From: an uncultured Acidobacteriota bacterium
Lineage (GTDB): Bacteria; Acidobacteriota; Thermoanaerobaculia; UBA5066; DATFVB01
NCBI GenBank assembly: GCA_963813155.1
Contig: CAWEYG010000003.1
Coordinates: 320,001-384,000 of the forward strand
Reading direction: 5' to 3'
Length of the DNA stretch: 64,000 bases
In this document: piece after piece, positions 10,706-20,851 of the stretch
Position numbering within the stretch: the stretch's first letter is position 1
Layout: every line of letters begins with the position of its first letter
Notes under the pieces: generated by a model
Seen by the model: the letters and a program-made list of their open reading frames with translations, nothing else
Databases searched by the model: none
Told to the model about the DNA's origin: nothing
Made by a program: the position numbers and the translations under genes

Positions 10706-11857
10706 GTGGAGAAAACGATCGAGAGCGAACACCGGTTCCACGAAGGGCTCGAGGACGTCGTCGCGGCCGAGTCCGCGATCTGCTACATCGACGGCAAACG
10801 CGGCGTTCTCTCGTACCGCGGGTACGACATTCACGACCTCGCCGAGAATTCCTCGTTCGAGGAGACGTGTTTCCTCCTCTGGGAGGGACGGCTCCCGACG
10901 AAGGCGGAGGTCGCTGCCCTTCGAATTGGCCTCGGGAACGAGCGGGAAGTCTCTCCAGAGATCCTGACGCTGACCCGGGATTTCCTGAAACACGGGATGA
11001 TTCCCATGGACGCGCTGCGCACGGCCGTTTCGGCCCTCTGCGAGACGGACCCCGACGTCGCTTCGAACGACCCGGCGGCGAACCGGCGCAAGGCTCAGCG
11101 CCTTACCGCGAAGATGTCCACGCTCGTCGCGGCCATTCATCGCTTTCGAGAGAACCAGGACCCGGTGAGCCCCAACCCCGGCCGAGGCCATGCCGAGGAC
11201 TTCCTCGCGATGCTCAACGGCAGCGCGCCCTCCGCGGAGATGACCCGCGCTTTCGACATGGCGCTCGTCCTCCACGCCGACCACGAGCTGAACGCTTCGA
11301 CGTTCGCCGCCCGCGTCACCGCCGCGACCCTCTCCGACATGCATTCGGCCGTCGTCTCGGCCATCGGAACGCTCAAGGGCCCCCTCCACGGCGGCGCCAA
11401 CGAGGCCGTAATGGGGATGCTGATCGAAATCGGCGACCTGTCGCGCGTGGACGACTACATCCACCAGTTGCTCGCCGCCCACAAGAAAGTAATGGGGTTC
11501 GGCCACCGGGTCTACACGACCGAAGACCCCCGGGCCACACACCTGCGCCAGATGTCCCAGCACCTCGCCGAGTCGTCCGGGGTCAGCAAGTGGTACGACA
11601 TGTCCCGCCGCATCGAAACGATCATCAATCAGGAAAAGCGCCTGAACTGCAACGTGGACTTCTATTCGGCTTCGACGTACTACATGCTCGGGATTCCGCC
11701 GGACCTCTACACGCCGATCTTCGCGCTGTCGCGCTGCGCCGGGTGGACGGCCCATGTCATGGAACAGCACCAGAGCAACCGGCTGATCCGCCCCCGCGCG
11801 GACTACATCGGCCCGGCGTATCCCCAGAAGTACGTCCCCCTCGACTCCCGGGGATGA
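10706..11857 (+). CDS. gltA: Citrate synthase (short type)
   Basis: GLEDVVA, LHADHELNAST, GPLHGGANE, MGFGHRVY and NVDFYS motifs. 2-methylcitrate synthase is not excluded. Confidence 0.9.
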   Translation: MEKTIESEHRFHEGLEDVVAAESAICYIDGKRGVLSYRGYDIHDLAENSSFEETCFLLWEGRLPTKAEVAALRIGLGNEREVSPEILTLTRDFLKHGMIPMDALRTAVSALCETDPDVASNDPAANRRKAQRLTAKMSTLVAAIHRFRENQDPVSPNPGRGHAEDFLAMLNGSAPSAEMTRAFDMALVLHADHELNASTFAARVTAATLSDMHSAVVSAIGTLKGPLHGGANEAVMGMLIEIGDLSRVDDYIHQLLAAHKKVMGFGHRVYTTEDPRATHLRQMSQHLAESSGVSKWYDMSRRIETIINQEKRLNCNVDFYSASTYYMLGIPPDLYTPIFALSRCAGWTAHVMEQHQSNRLIRPRADYIGPAYPQKYVPLDSRG

Positions 11858-11870
11858 TTCCGGCCCGCGG

Positions 11871-12578
11871 CTACTCGCCCAGGTAGGCTTCCTTCACCTT
11901 CGGATTCGTCGCGATCTCCGCGGAGGGGCCGGAGAGGGTGACGGTCCCCGTCTCGAGGACGTAGGCGCGATGGCTGTGCTTGAGCGCGGCGTTCGCGTTC
12001 TGCTCGACGAGGAGCACGGAAGCGCCTTCCCGATTGATCGTCTCGATCGCTTCGAAAATCGTGTGCACGAGGATCGGCGCCAGGCCCAGCGAAGGCTCGT
12101 CGAGCAACAGCACCTCCGGGTGCGACATCAGGGCGCGACCGATCGCGAGCATCTGCTGCTCTCCCCCGGACAGAGTCCCCGCCCGCTGGCGGATCCGCTC
12201 CTTCAGCCGGGGAAAGACCGCGAGGACGCGGTCGAAATCCGAGGAGATCCGCGACGCGTCGCGGCGGGAGTACGCGCCCAGCTCCAGGTTTTCCCGGACG
12301 GTGAGGTTCGCAAAAATCGCGCGCCCCTCGGGAACGAGGGTCATCCGGTCGCGAACGATCTTGTAGGTCGGCGTCCCGACGATCGAGCGGTCCCGGTAAC
12401 GGATCGCGCCGGAGACCGGCGGAACGAGCCCCATGATCGCCCGCAGCGTCGTGGACTTCCCGGCGCCGTTGGCGCCGATCAAGGTGACGATCTCCCCCTT
12501 TTCGAGGGTCAGGGAGATTCCCCGGACGGCCGACACGGCGCCGTAGCGAACCTGGAGATCTTCCACCTCGAGGATCAT
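11871..12578 (-). CDS. livF: Branched-chain amino acid ABC transporter ATP-binding protein
   Basis: GANGAGKST, LSGGEQQM and LLLDEPSLGLAP motifs. Confidence 0.95.
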   Translation of the reverse strand: MILEVEDLQVRYGAVSAVRGISLTLEKGEIVTLIGANGAGKSTTLRAIMGLVPPVSGAIRYRDRSIVGTPTYKIVRDRMTLVPEGRAIFANLTVRENLELGAYSRRDASRISSDFDRVLAVFPRLKERIRQRAGTLSGGEQQMLAIGRALMSHPEVLLLDEPSLGLAPILVHTIFEAIETINREGASVLLVEQNANAALKHSHRAYVLETGTVTLSGPSAEIATNPKVKEAYLGE

Positions 12579-13336
12579 GCGCCTCCCAGGTACGCCTCGA
12601 TCGTTCGCGGGTCCCGCTGAACCTCGGCCGGCGTACCGAGGCAGATCGTCGACCCGTAGTCCACGACGTGGACCTTCTCGCAGACCCCCATGACGACCTT
12701 CATGTTGTGCTCGACGAGGAAGATGGCCATCTGGAACTGGTCGCGGAGCCAGCGGATCAGGTCCATCAGCTCGTGCGACTCGTGCGGGTTCATCCCGGCG
12801 GCTGGCTCGTCGAGGCAAAGGAGCCTCGGCCGGGTCGCCATCGCCCGAGCGATCTCGAGGCGCCGCTGGCTTCCGTAGGGCAGGTTCCGCGCCGTCTCGC
12901 CGGCCAGGTGGTCGAGCTTGAAGACCCGAAGGAGCTCGAGGGATTCCCGCTCGATTCGCTCCTCCTCCCGCACGTACATGGGACCCCGCACGATCGACGA
13001 GAGGATCGACGCCTTCTGGCGGCGCGCGAAACCCACCTTGACGTTGTCGATGACCGTCAGGTTCGCGAAGAGCCGGATGTTCTGAAACGTCCGGGCGATG
13101 CCGTCTTCGGTGATCTTCCAGGATTTCTCGCCGTCGATTCGGCGCCCGCCGAAAAGAATCTCTCCGGCGGTTGGCTTGTAGACCCCCGTGATCATGTTGA
13201 AAATCGTCGTCTTGCCGGCGCCGTTCGGCCCAATCAGCCCGTACAACGCTTTCTCCTCGATCGCGAGATCGAAGTCCTTGACGGCCGTCAGGCCTCCGAA
13301 CCGCATCGTCACCGAATGGGCTTCGAGGAGCGCCAT
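12575..13336 (-). CDS. livG: Branched-chain amino acid ABC transporter ATP-binding protein
   Basis: GPNGAGKTT, LPYGSQRRLEIARA and LDEPAAGMN motifs. Confidence 0.95.
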   Translation of the reverse strand: MALLEAHSVTMRFGGLTAVKDFDLAIEEKALYGLIGPNGAGKTTIFNMITGVYKPTAGEILFGGRRIDGEKSWKITEDGIARTFQNIRLFANLTVIDNVKVGFARRQKASILSSIVRGPMYVREEERIERESLELLRVFKLDHLAGETARNLPYGSQRRLEIARAMATRPRLLCLDEPAAGMNPHESHELMDLIRWLRDQFQMAIFLVEHNMKVVMGVCEKVHVVDYGSTICLGTPAEVQRDPRTIEAYLGGA

Positions 13337-13342
13337 CGGCGT

Positions 13343-14353
13343 TTAGGCTCCGGCTCCCGGACGGCTCGGCGGCGCCGCGTCCCGCCGTTTTCGCCCGAAG
13401 AGCTCGCGATGGCCCATCAGGCCCTGCGGGCGAAAGATCATGATGAGGATCAGGAGCAGGGAGAAGACCACCATCCGGTATTGTTCCGCCGCGCGCAGGC
13501 CTTCCGTCAGGCCGATGTACAGCACGGCTCCCACGACCGACCCGGTGATCGACCCCAGCCCGCCGATCACGATCATGATGATGATCTCGATCGACTTCAG
13601 GAACGTGAACGAATTCGTGTGAACGTACATGAGATAGTGGGCGAAGAGGCCGCCGGCGACGCCCGCCATCGCGCTCGAGATCACGAACGAGATCACTTTC
13701 GTGCGCGTCGTGTCGACGCCCATCGCCTCGGCGGCGATCTCGTCCTCCCGCACGGCGAGGAGAGTGCGGCCGAATGAAGAATTGACGAGACGCGACACGA
13801 GCACGATCGAGGCGACCGCGAAGAAATACACCCACCCGAAGCTCGCGTACTTGGGAATGCCGCCGAGCCCGCGGGCCCCCCCGACGGCGTCGATGTTCAG
13901 GATGAAAACCCGGATGATCTCGCCGAACCCCAGCGTCACGATCGCGAGGTAATCGCCCCGCAGCCGGAGCGACGGGACGCCGACGAGAAACCCCGCGATC
14001 GACGCGCACACCGCGCCCACCGCGAGCACGATCAGGAGAACGACAGCCCCCCGGCCGGCGGGCGGCAGGAACGAGAAGGCCTGTTCGATCCGGGCGCCGA
14101 ACGTGACCGAGACGAACGCCGACGTGTACGCGCCGATCGCCATGAAGCCCGCATGCCCGATCGAGAACTGCCCCGTGAATCCGTTGATGAGGTTCAGGGA
14201 CACCGCCAGGATGATGTTGATCCCGGCGAGCGTGAGCACCTGGAGGACGTAGGGCGAAATTCGGGCGGCGGCGACGATCCGGCCGGAGAGCAGCGCGTCG
14301 ACGAACCAGATCGAGACTCCCGCGATCGCGAGCGCGAGAAAGCGTCGCGTCAC
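13343..14353 (-). CDS. livM: Branched-chain amino acid ABC transporter permease
   Basis: GQFSIGHAGF, LRLRGDYLAIVTLGFGEI and AVREDEIAA motifs. Confidence 0.95.
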   Translation of the reverse strand: MTRRFLALAIAGVSIWFVDALLSGRIVAAARISPYVLQVLTLAGINIILAVSLNLINGFTGQFSIGHAGFMAIGAYTSAFVSVTFGARIEQAFSFLPPAGRGAVVLLIVLAVGAVCASIAGFLVGVPSLRLRGDYLAIVTLGFGEIIRVFILNIDAVGGARGLGGIPKYASFGWVYFFAVASIVLVSRLVNSSFGRTLLAVREDEIAAEAMGVDTTRTKVISFVISSAMAGVAGGLFAHYLMYVHTNSFTFLKSIEIIIMIVIGGLGSITGSVVGAVLYIGLTEGLRAAEQYRMVVFSLLLILIMIFRPQGLMGHRELFGRKRRDAAPPSRPGAGA

Positions 14354-15246
14354 ACTTTTTCCTTTTCCACCCGTCCAAGGATTCCCTGGGGCCGGAAAAG
14401 GAGGATCGCGATCAGGATCGCGAACGCGATCGCGTCACGGTACGTCGGCGACAGGTAGCCGACCGTGAAGACCTCGGCCATGCCGATGATCAAGCCGCCG
14501 AGCAGAGCGCCAGGGACGTTGCCGATCCCGCCGAGGACGGCCGCGACGAACGCCTTGAGGCCGCTCAGTATCCCCATCAGGGGATCGACCTTGGGAATCG
14601 CCATCGCGACGAGGACTCCCGCCGCGGCCGCGAATGCGGAGCCGAGCGCGAACGTGATCGCGATGATCCGGTCGGTCGACACGCCCATGAGCTTCGCGGC
14701 GTCGAGGTTGAACGAAACGGCGCGCATCGCCTTTCCCGTCTTCGTGGCCTGGATGAAGAAGAGGAGGATCAGCGTGAGAACGAGAGAGACGACGAAGACC
14801 GTCAATTGCTCCGACGTGAGCCGGACGGAGCCCACGTTGAATTCCCGATGGGGCGCGTTGGACGGAAAGAACTTGGGATCCGCGCCGAAGAGAATCTGGC
14901 CCCCGTTTTCGAGCAGGAGCGACACGCCGATCGCCGTGATGAGAGACGTCATCTTGGCGGCCCGGCGCACCGGCCGATAGGCGAAACGCTCGATCACGAT
15001 CCCGAGGACCGCGCACACCGCCATCGAAAGGATCATGATCCCGAGGGCCCTCGGGTACGACGGCGTCTCGCCGCGAAAACGCGACGACGCGTAGTACCCG
15101 ACATACGCGCCGACCATGTAGACGTCCCCGTGCGCGAAGTTGATCAGGCGAAGAATGCCGTACACCATGGTGTAACCGAGGGCGATCAGCGCATAGATCG
15201 ACCCCAGCGACAACCCGTTGACGAGTTGCTGGAAGAACGTGCTCAC
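14350..15246 (-). CDS. livH: Branched-chain amino acid ABC transporter permease
   Basis: LVNGLSLGSIYALIALG, INFAHG and KAFVAAVLGGIG motifs. Confidence 0.95.
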   Translation of the reverse strand: MSTFFQQLVNGLSLGSIYALIALGYTMVYGILRLINFAHGDVYMVGAYVGYYASSRFRGETPSYPRALGIMILSMAVCAVLGIVIERFAYRPVRRAAKMTSLITAIGVSLLLENGGQILFGADPKFFPSNAPHREFNVGSVRLTSEQLTVFVVSLVLTLILLFFIQATKTGKAMRAVSFNLDAAKLMGVSTDRIIAITFALGSAFAAAAGVLVAMAIPKVDPLMGILSGLKAFVAAVLGGIGNVPGALLGGLIIGMAEVFTVGYLSPTYRDAIAFAILIAILLFRPQGILGRVEKEKV

Positions 15247-16385
15247 GCGCCGGGTTCGATCCGTTCCTGGAAGACTTTCTTACCGTCCTGGACCTTCAGG
15301 ATGACGACCGGCTTCACGGCGTTGCGTTCCGCGTCGATCGTGATCGAGCCCGTGACGCCGGCGAAACCCTTCGTCGCGACGAGCGCGTCCCGGACTTTGG
15401 AGGGCTCGGCGCTGTTGGCGCGCGTAACGGCGTCAGCGTAAATCCGGGCGGCGTCATAGCCGAGAGCCGCGAGGGCGTCGGGAATGGCGCCGTATTTCGC
15501 CTTGTAGTCGGCGACGAACTTCTGAACCGCCGGGGCCGGGTCGTCCACCGAATAATGGTTCGAGAAGAAACATCCGTTCAGGGCCTTGCCGCCGATTTCC
15601 CAGAGCCGCGGGGAATCCCATCCGTCGCCGCCGGAAAGCGGAACCGTGATTCCGAGGTCGCGCGCCTGGCGAGCGATCGTGCCGACCTCGGTGTAGTAGC
15701 CGGGCACGTAGATGATTTCCGGGTTGGCCGACTTGAGCTGAGTCAACTGCGCGCGAAAATCGGAATCGCCTTCGGAGTACGACTGCTCCGCGACGATTTC
15801 GCCGCCGTACTCCTTGAATTTCTGCATGAAGACGAGACGCAGGCCCACCGAGTAGTCGTTGCGCACGTCGTAGAGAATCGCCGCCTTTTTCAGCTTGAGG
15901 GACTTCGCCGCGAACTTGGCGTCGGCCTCGCCCTGCTGGATGTCGGTGAAGCACACCCGGAAAATGTAGTCTCCGACCTGCGTGACCTTGGGATTCGTCG
16001 ACGAGGGCGTGATCATCGGGATCTTCGCCCCCTGGCAGATCGGGGCCGCGGCCAGCGAGCGCGACGAGGCGACTTCCCCGAGCACGGCCTGAACGCTGTT
16101 CTGATTGATGAGCTTCGTCACCGCCGTGGCGGCCTCTTCGGGTTTGGACTGGTCGTCCTCGACGATCAGCTTGACCTGCTTGCCGAGAAGGCCCCCGGCC
16201 TGGTTGATCTCCGCGAAAGCCATCTCGCTGCCGTTTTTCGTCGACTGGCCGAAGGTGGCGGTGTTGCCCGTCAGCGACCCGTATTCGCCCACCACGATTT
16301 CCTTGGAATTGCCGCCCGGCGCACAGCCCGCGGCGACGAGAGCCGCAACCGCCGCCAGGAGCCCCGTCAGAGTTCGAATTCTCAT
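15243..16385 (-). CDS. Branched-chain amino acid ABC transporter substrate-binding lipoprotein (LivJ/K family)
   Basis: Lipobox AAGC and PBP type I motifs (LTG.TATFG, YIFRVCFTD). First gene of the liv operon. Confidence 0.92.
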   Translation of the reverse strand: MRIRTLTGLLAAVAALVAAGCAPGGNSKEIVVGEYGSLTGNTATFGQSTKNGSEMAFAEINQAGGLLGKQVKLIVEDDQSKPEEAATAVTKLINQNSVQAVLGEVASSRSLAAAPICQGAKIPMITPSSTNPKVTQVGDYIFRVCFTDIQQGEADAKFAAKSLKLKKAAILYDVRNDYSVGLRLVFMQKFKEYGGEIVAEQSYSEGDSDFRAQLTQLKSANPEIIYVPGYYTEVGTIARQARDLGITVPLSGGDGWDSPRLWEIGGKALNGCFFSNHYSVDDPAPAVQKFVADYKAKYGAIPDALAALGYDAARIYADAVTRANSAEPSKVRDALVATKGFAGVTGSITIDAERNAVKPVVILKVQDGKKVFQERIEPGA

Positions 16386-16477
16386 GGTTTCCGATCCTCC
16401 TCAAACTGGTTTATGCAAAAACGGGCTATTATTTCTTCGGTCTCCGGAAAAGTCAAAAAGCTAGAATCGAGAGGTTG

Positions 16478-17812
16478 ATGAATCAGGGGCTTCCGATCGT
16501 CCGGCCGCGCAGCGCCCATCCGATTTCGCGGGACGCGATCGACCCCGACGCGTTGAAGGTGCTCTACCGCCTGAAGAGCAGCGGATACCGGGCCTATCTC
16601 GTCGGGGGAAGCGTTCGAGACCTCATGCTGGGCCGATCCCCGAAGGATTTCGACATCGGCACGGATGCCCGCCCCGAAGACGTCCGGTCGCTCTTCCGCA
16701 ACAGCCGCCTCATCGGGCGCCGCTTTCGTCTCGCCCACATCCTGTTCCGGGGAGGGAAGATCATCGAAGTCGCGACGTTTCGCGGGCGCCCGGCGCCGGC
16801 GGAGGACCCCGAAGCCGACCTTCTCGTGACCTCCGACAACACCTACGGAACGCCCGAGGAAGACGCCGAGAGGCGCGACTTCACGGTCAACGGCCTGTTC
16901 TACGACATCGCCGATTTCTCCGTCATCGACTACGTCGGCGGCCTGGCCGACCTGGAGGCCGGCCTGATCCGGGCGATCGGAGACCCGGACGTTCGGTTCC
17001 GGGAGGATCCCGTTCGCATGCTCCGCGCGGCGGAGTTCGCGAGCCGCCTCTCGTTTGCGATCACGCCGCTGGATTACGAGGCGATTCTTCGCCACCGGAA
17101 GGACCTCGTCCGTTCCGCCACCCCGCGGGTCACCGAGGAGCTGACGGGAATGCTCCGCGGCGGCCATGCGCTGCCGACGTTCCTCCTGTTGCGCGAGATG
17201 GGCCTGCTCGACGTCATCCTGCCCGACCTCTCCGCGGAGCTCCGGCGGATCGACCCCGAACACCCCGGCGGAACCGGCCACTATTTCTGGACGCTCCTCG
17301 AGGTTCTCGACGCCGAGAGGCGCCACGGGCGATCGTTCGACGACGCCGTCTATTTCTCGCTGCTCGCCCTGCCGTTGCTTCGGGCCGAGCTGCGGCGCGC
17401 CCGTCCCGCGGGCCCCGCGGAGCCGGGACTCGTCATCGCGAAAGCCAACGAAGTGGTCGAGCCCCTCGCGGCCAGCCTCGCGGCGCCGAACGCCCTCGTC
17501 CACGCGGTCAAGTCCATCCTGTTCGCCCAGACGAAGCTCGAGCAGAGGCCCGAATGGAAGGCGTCCACCCGGAGATTCCTGTTTCACCCCGATTTCCTTC
17601 CCGCGCTCGACCTCTTCGACCTGCGCTCCATGGCTCGAGGGCGCGATGTCACCCCGGTGCGGGAATGGCGCAATCTTCACCAGCGCGTGCACGAGGCCGG
17701 GCACACATTTTCCGCGCCTACCGCTCCCGCGGCGCCCGCGGCGCCCGCCGCCGAAGGCCATCCGCCCCGGGCGCGCCGCGGTCGAAGACGAAAACGCCGC
17801 CCTCCCGTCTGA
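16478..17812 (+). CDS. pcnB: Poly(A) polymerase I-like nucleotidyltransferase
   Basis: VGGSVRD, PKDFD, LIGRRFRLAH (PAP signature), RRDFTVN and EDPVRMLR motifs, basic C-terminal tail. Confidence 0.9.
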   Translation: MNQGLPIVRPRSAHPISRDAIDPDALKVLYRLKSSGYRAYLVGGSVRDLMLGRSPKDFDIGTDARPEDVRSLFRNSRLIGRRFRLAHILFRGGKIIEVATFRGRPAPAEDPEADLLVTSDNTYGTPEEDAERRDFTVNGLFYDIADFSVIDYVGGLADLEAGLIRAIGDPDVRFREDPVRMLRAAEFASRLSFAITPLDYEAILRHRKDLVRSATPRVTEELTGMLRGGHALPTFLLLREMGLLDVILPDLSAELRRIDPEHPGGTGHYFWTLLEVLDAERRHGRSFDDAVYFSLLALPLLRAELRRARPAGPAEPGLVIAKANEVVEPLAASLAAPNALVHAVKSILFAQTKLEQRPEWKASTRRFLFHPDFLPALDLFDLRSMARGRDVTPVREWRNLHQRVHEAGHTFSAPTAPAAPAAPAAEGHPPRARRGRRRKRRPPV

Positions 17813-17871
17813 AATGGATTGATTCCCCCTTACCGATCGTCTATAAGGCGATTGATTCACGAGGAGTGCAA

Positions 17872-18426
17872 ATGTTTGTCGCCAAAAAAGTTTTCCTGAC
17901 GAAGGGTGTGGGCCGCCATCGGGAGAAGCTCACTTCTTTCGAAATGGCGCTCCGGGACGCGGGGATCGCCGACCAGAATCTCGTTCGGGTGTCGTCGATC
18001 TTCCCTCCCCACTGCAAGATCGTTTCCCGGAAGGAGGGGTCGAAGAAGCTGAAGTCCGGCGCCGTGACGTTCGTCGTGATGAGCGAGAACGCCACGAACG
18101 AGCCGCACCGGCTCATCGCCGCGTCGGTCGGCGTCGCGATCCCGAAGAACTCGGACACCTACGGCTATCTCTCCGAGCACCATTCCTACGGGCAGACGGA
18201 AAAGGTCGCCGGCGACTACGCCGAAGATCTCGCGGCCGGCATGCTCGCAACGACGCTCGGCGTCGAGCTCGACTACGACAAGTCGTACGACGAGCGGAAG
18301 GAACAGTGGAAGATCTCCGGCCAGATCGTCCGAACGATGAATATTTCCCAGACCGCCGTGGGCGACAAGAAGGGTCTCTGGACGACCGTCATCTCGGCCT
18401 GCATCCTGCTCGCGCCGGAAAACTAG
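17872..18426 (+). CDS. pdaD: Pyruvoyl-dependent arginine decarboxylase
   Basis: SFEMALRDAGI, NLVRVSSIFP (Ser-Ser autocleavage site), YGYLSEHH. GAGGAG RBS. Confidence 0.93.
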   Translation: MFVAKKVFLTKGVGRHREKLTSFEMALRDAGIADQNLVRVSSIFPPHCKIVSRKEGSKKLKSGAVTFVVMSENATNEPHRLIAASVGVAIPKNSDTYGYLSEHHSYGQTEKVAGDYAEDLAAGMLATTLGVELDYDKSYDERKEQWKISGQIVRTMNISQTAVGDKKGLWTTVISACILLAPEN

Positions 18427-18701
18427 TGTCCCGAACCGGAAATAGCTGTAGCGTCGTTCGGAGCGCCGTCGGGTCGGATGCGAGGCGACGCGACGCAGGC
18501 GATGCCGAAGCATCGTCGAGGAGCGGGAACGAAGCAGACGGCCCGACGCCGCCCGAACCCTTCGGGCGCCAGCGCATTGCGGGCGATCTCGGCGTTGCGG
18601 CTCGGGTCCGATCGCTACGGCATCTGTCCCCTCGCCGCGCCTTGACCTCGCCCGCAAGCCGCCGGCGCGACGCTCGAGTTATTTCCGGTTCGGGACACTA
18701 G
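18423..18701. mobile_element. Non-autonomous MITE-like element (~280 bp)
   Basis: Perfect 22-bp terminal inverted repeats CTAGTGTCCCGAACCGGAAATA (18423-18444 and 18680-18701), CTAG at both ends, internal hairpins, no convincing ORF. Confidence 0.8.
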
Positions 18702-18713
18702 GAACGCGCCCCG

Positions 18714-19628
18714 GTGCCGTCCATACCGCAGAATTTCCTCGGCATCCCCGGGGAAGAAAACGGGCCGGAAAAGGCGCGCGTCCTCGTCTTCCCGGTCCCG
18801 TACGAGCGCACCGTTTCCTACGGCACCGGAACGCGGAACGGCCCGTCGGCGATTCTCGAGGCGTCGCGGTTCGTCGAGCTGTACGACGACGAGCTCGACG
18901 CCAACCCCCATGAGGCCGGCATCCACACGCTCGAGCCGTGGATCCCTCACGACCCCGAGCCCGACGCGATGGTCGGGGAGCTGGAGGAGAGAGCCGCGGA
19001 GCTTCTGGAGGCCGGCAAGCTGCTCTTCCTGCTCGGGGGCGAGCACTCGATCTCGCCGCCCGTGATCCGGGCGCACGCGAAGAAATACCCCGGCCTCTCG
19101 ATCCTGCACTTCGACGCCCACGGCGACCTCCGAGACGAATACGAGGGGTCGCGCAATTCCCACGCCTGCGCGGCCAGACGGTTCGTCGACTGCGGGCCTT
19201 CGGTTCACGTCGGGATTCGGTCGATCTCGCGGGAGGAGGCCGATTTCGTCCTGGAGCGGAAACTCTTCGTCGTCTCGAACCGGGAGATGCACGCGGGCTG
19301 GGACTGGATGGAAGGAGCTCTCGAGCGGCTCACGGCGGACGTGTACGTGACGTTCGACATCGATTTTCTGGACGGATCGCTCGTGCCGGGCACGGGAACG
19401 CCCGAGCCCGGGGGCGGTACCTACGCCCAGGCGCTGGAGATCCTTCGGCGCGTCTCCGCAGCGAAACGGATCGTCGGGGCCGACCTCGTCGAGCACGCGC
19501 CGCTGGCCGGGAACCGCGCGCCGGATTTCCTCGCCGCGAAGCTCGCGTACAAGATGATCAGCTACGCGCTGCTGCCCGAAAAGGCCCGCAACCCCGTGCT
19601 CTCCCCCCGTTTTCGACGCCGTTCCTGA
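18714..19628 (+). CDS. speB: Agmatinase
   Basis: LGGEHSIS, FDAHGDLR and TFDIDFLD..PGTGTPEPGG ureohydrolase motifs. Directly downstream of arginine decarboxylase. Confidence 0.93.
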   Translation: MPSIPQNFLGIPGEENGPEKARVLVFPVPYERTVSYGTGTRNGPSAILEASRFVELYDDELDANPHEAGIHTLEPWIPHDPEPDAMVGELEERAAELLEAGKLLFLLGGEHSISPPVIRAHAKKYPGLSILHFDAHGDLRDEYEGSRNSHACAARRFVDCGPSVHVGIRSISREEADFVLERKLFVVSNREMHAGWDWMEGALERLTADVYVTFDIDFLDGSLVPGTGTPEPGGGTYAQALEILRRVSAAKRIVGADLVEHAPLAGNRAPDFLAAKLAYKMISYALLPEKARNPVLSPRFRRRS

Positions 19629-19663
19629 TAAGATTCAGTGCATTAACCCCGAAAGGAGCGCCC

Positions 19664-20845
19664 GTGGCTGCGTTTCCCGGCGTCGATTACCTGGATTTCG
19701 ACTCCCTCCTGACCGAGGAACAAAAGCTCGTCCGCCAGACCGTGCGGGACTTCGTCGACGACCGGGTGATGCCGATCATCGAAGACTGCGCCTACGAGGG
19801 GCGCTTTCCGAAGGAGCTGATCCCGCAGCTGGCGGAGCTCCAGCTGTTCGGATCGACGATCCACGAATACGGGCTTCCCGGCCTCGATTCGGTCGCCTAC
19901 GGCCTCACGATGCAGGAGCTCGAACGCGGTGACTCCGGCCTGCGGTCGTTCGTCTCCGTGCAATCGGGGCTCGTGATGTTCCCGATTTACGCCTACGGGT
20001 CGCAGAAGCACAAAGACCACTGGATCCCCCGGATGGCCGCGGGCACGGCGATCGGCTGTTTCGGGCTGACCGAACCGGACTTCGGCTCGAACCCGTCGGG
20101 AATGCGAACGACCGCGCGTACCGACGGCGATTCCTTCGTCCTGAACGGCGCGAAGGCCTGGATCACGAACGGCTCGATTGCCGACGTCGCCGTCGTCTGG
20201 GCCCGCCTCGACGGCGGCAAGATTCGCGGGTTCCTCGTGGAGAAGGGAACGAAGGGGTTCTCGACCTCGGAGCACCGCGGAAAGATGTCTCTCCGGGCCT
20301 CGGTCACTTCGCAGCTCGCATTCGAAGATTGCCGGATCCCCAAGGACAACATCCTGAACGTCGAGGGGATCAAGGGACCCCTTTCGTGCCTGACCCAGGC
20401 CCGGTACGGGATTGCCTGGGGGGCCATCGGATCCGCGATGGCGACTTATCGGGCCGCGCTCGACTACGCGATGGCCCGAAAGCAATTCCGCGACCGCCCG
20501 ATCGCGGCGCACCAGCTCGTGCAGGAGCGCCTCGCCTGGATGATCACCGAGATCACGAAGGCACAGCTCCTCGCCTGGCAGCTGGCCAAGCTGAAGGACG
20601 CCGGGACCATGAAGCCCGAGCACGTTTCCATGGGCAAGCGAAACAACGTCTGGGTCGCCCGCGAGTGCGCGAAGCTGGCGCGGGAGACGCTCGGCGCGAA
20701 CGGCGTCGTCAACGAATACCCGGTTTTCCGACACCTCGCGAACATCGAATCGGTATACACGTACGAGGGAACTCACGACATCCACACCCTCGTGATCGGC
20801 GAGGCCATCACGGGAATACCGTCGTACAACCCTCCGATGGAGTAA
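19664..20845 (+). CDS. Acyl-CoA dehydrogenase, glutaryl-CoA dehydrogenase-like
   Basis: ELERGDSGLRS, GCFGLTEPDFGS and YTYEGTHDIH motifs. AAGGAG RBS before the GTG. Confidence 0.9.
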   Translation: MAAFPGVDYLDFDSLLTEEQKLVRQTVRDFVDDRVMPIIEDCAYEGRFPKELIPQLAELQLFGSTIHEYGLPGLDSVAYGLTMQELERGDSGLRSFVSVQSGLVMFPIYAYGSQKHKDHWIPRMAAGTAIGCFGLTEPDFGSNPSGMRTTARTDGDSFVLNGAKAWITNGSIADVAVVWARLDGGKIRGFLVEKGTKGFSTSEHRGKMSLRASVTSQLAFEDCRIPKDNILNVEGIKGPLSCLTQARYGIAWGAIGSAMATYRAALDYAMARKQFRDRPIAAHQLVQERLAWMITEITKAQLLAWQLAKLKDAGTMKPEHVSMGKRNNVWVARECAKLARETLGANGVVNEYPVFRHLANIESVYTYEGTHDIHTLVIGEAITGIPSYNPPME

Positions 20846-20851
20846 CCCCCG

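Noticed and set aside
17715-17755. Short direct repeat CCCGCGGCG in the pcnB 3' end
   Set aside because: It encodes an ordinary Pro/Ala linker before the basic tail.
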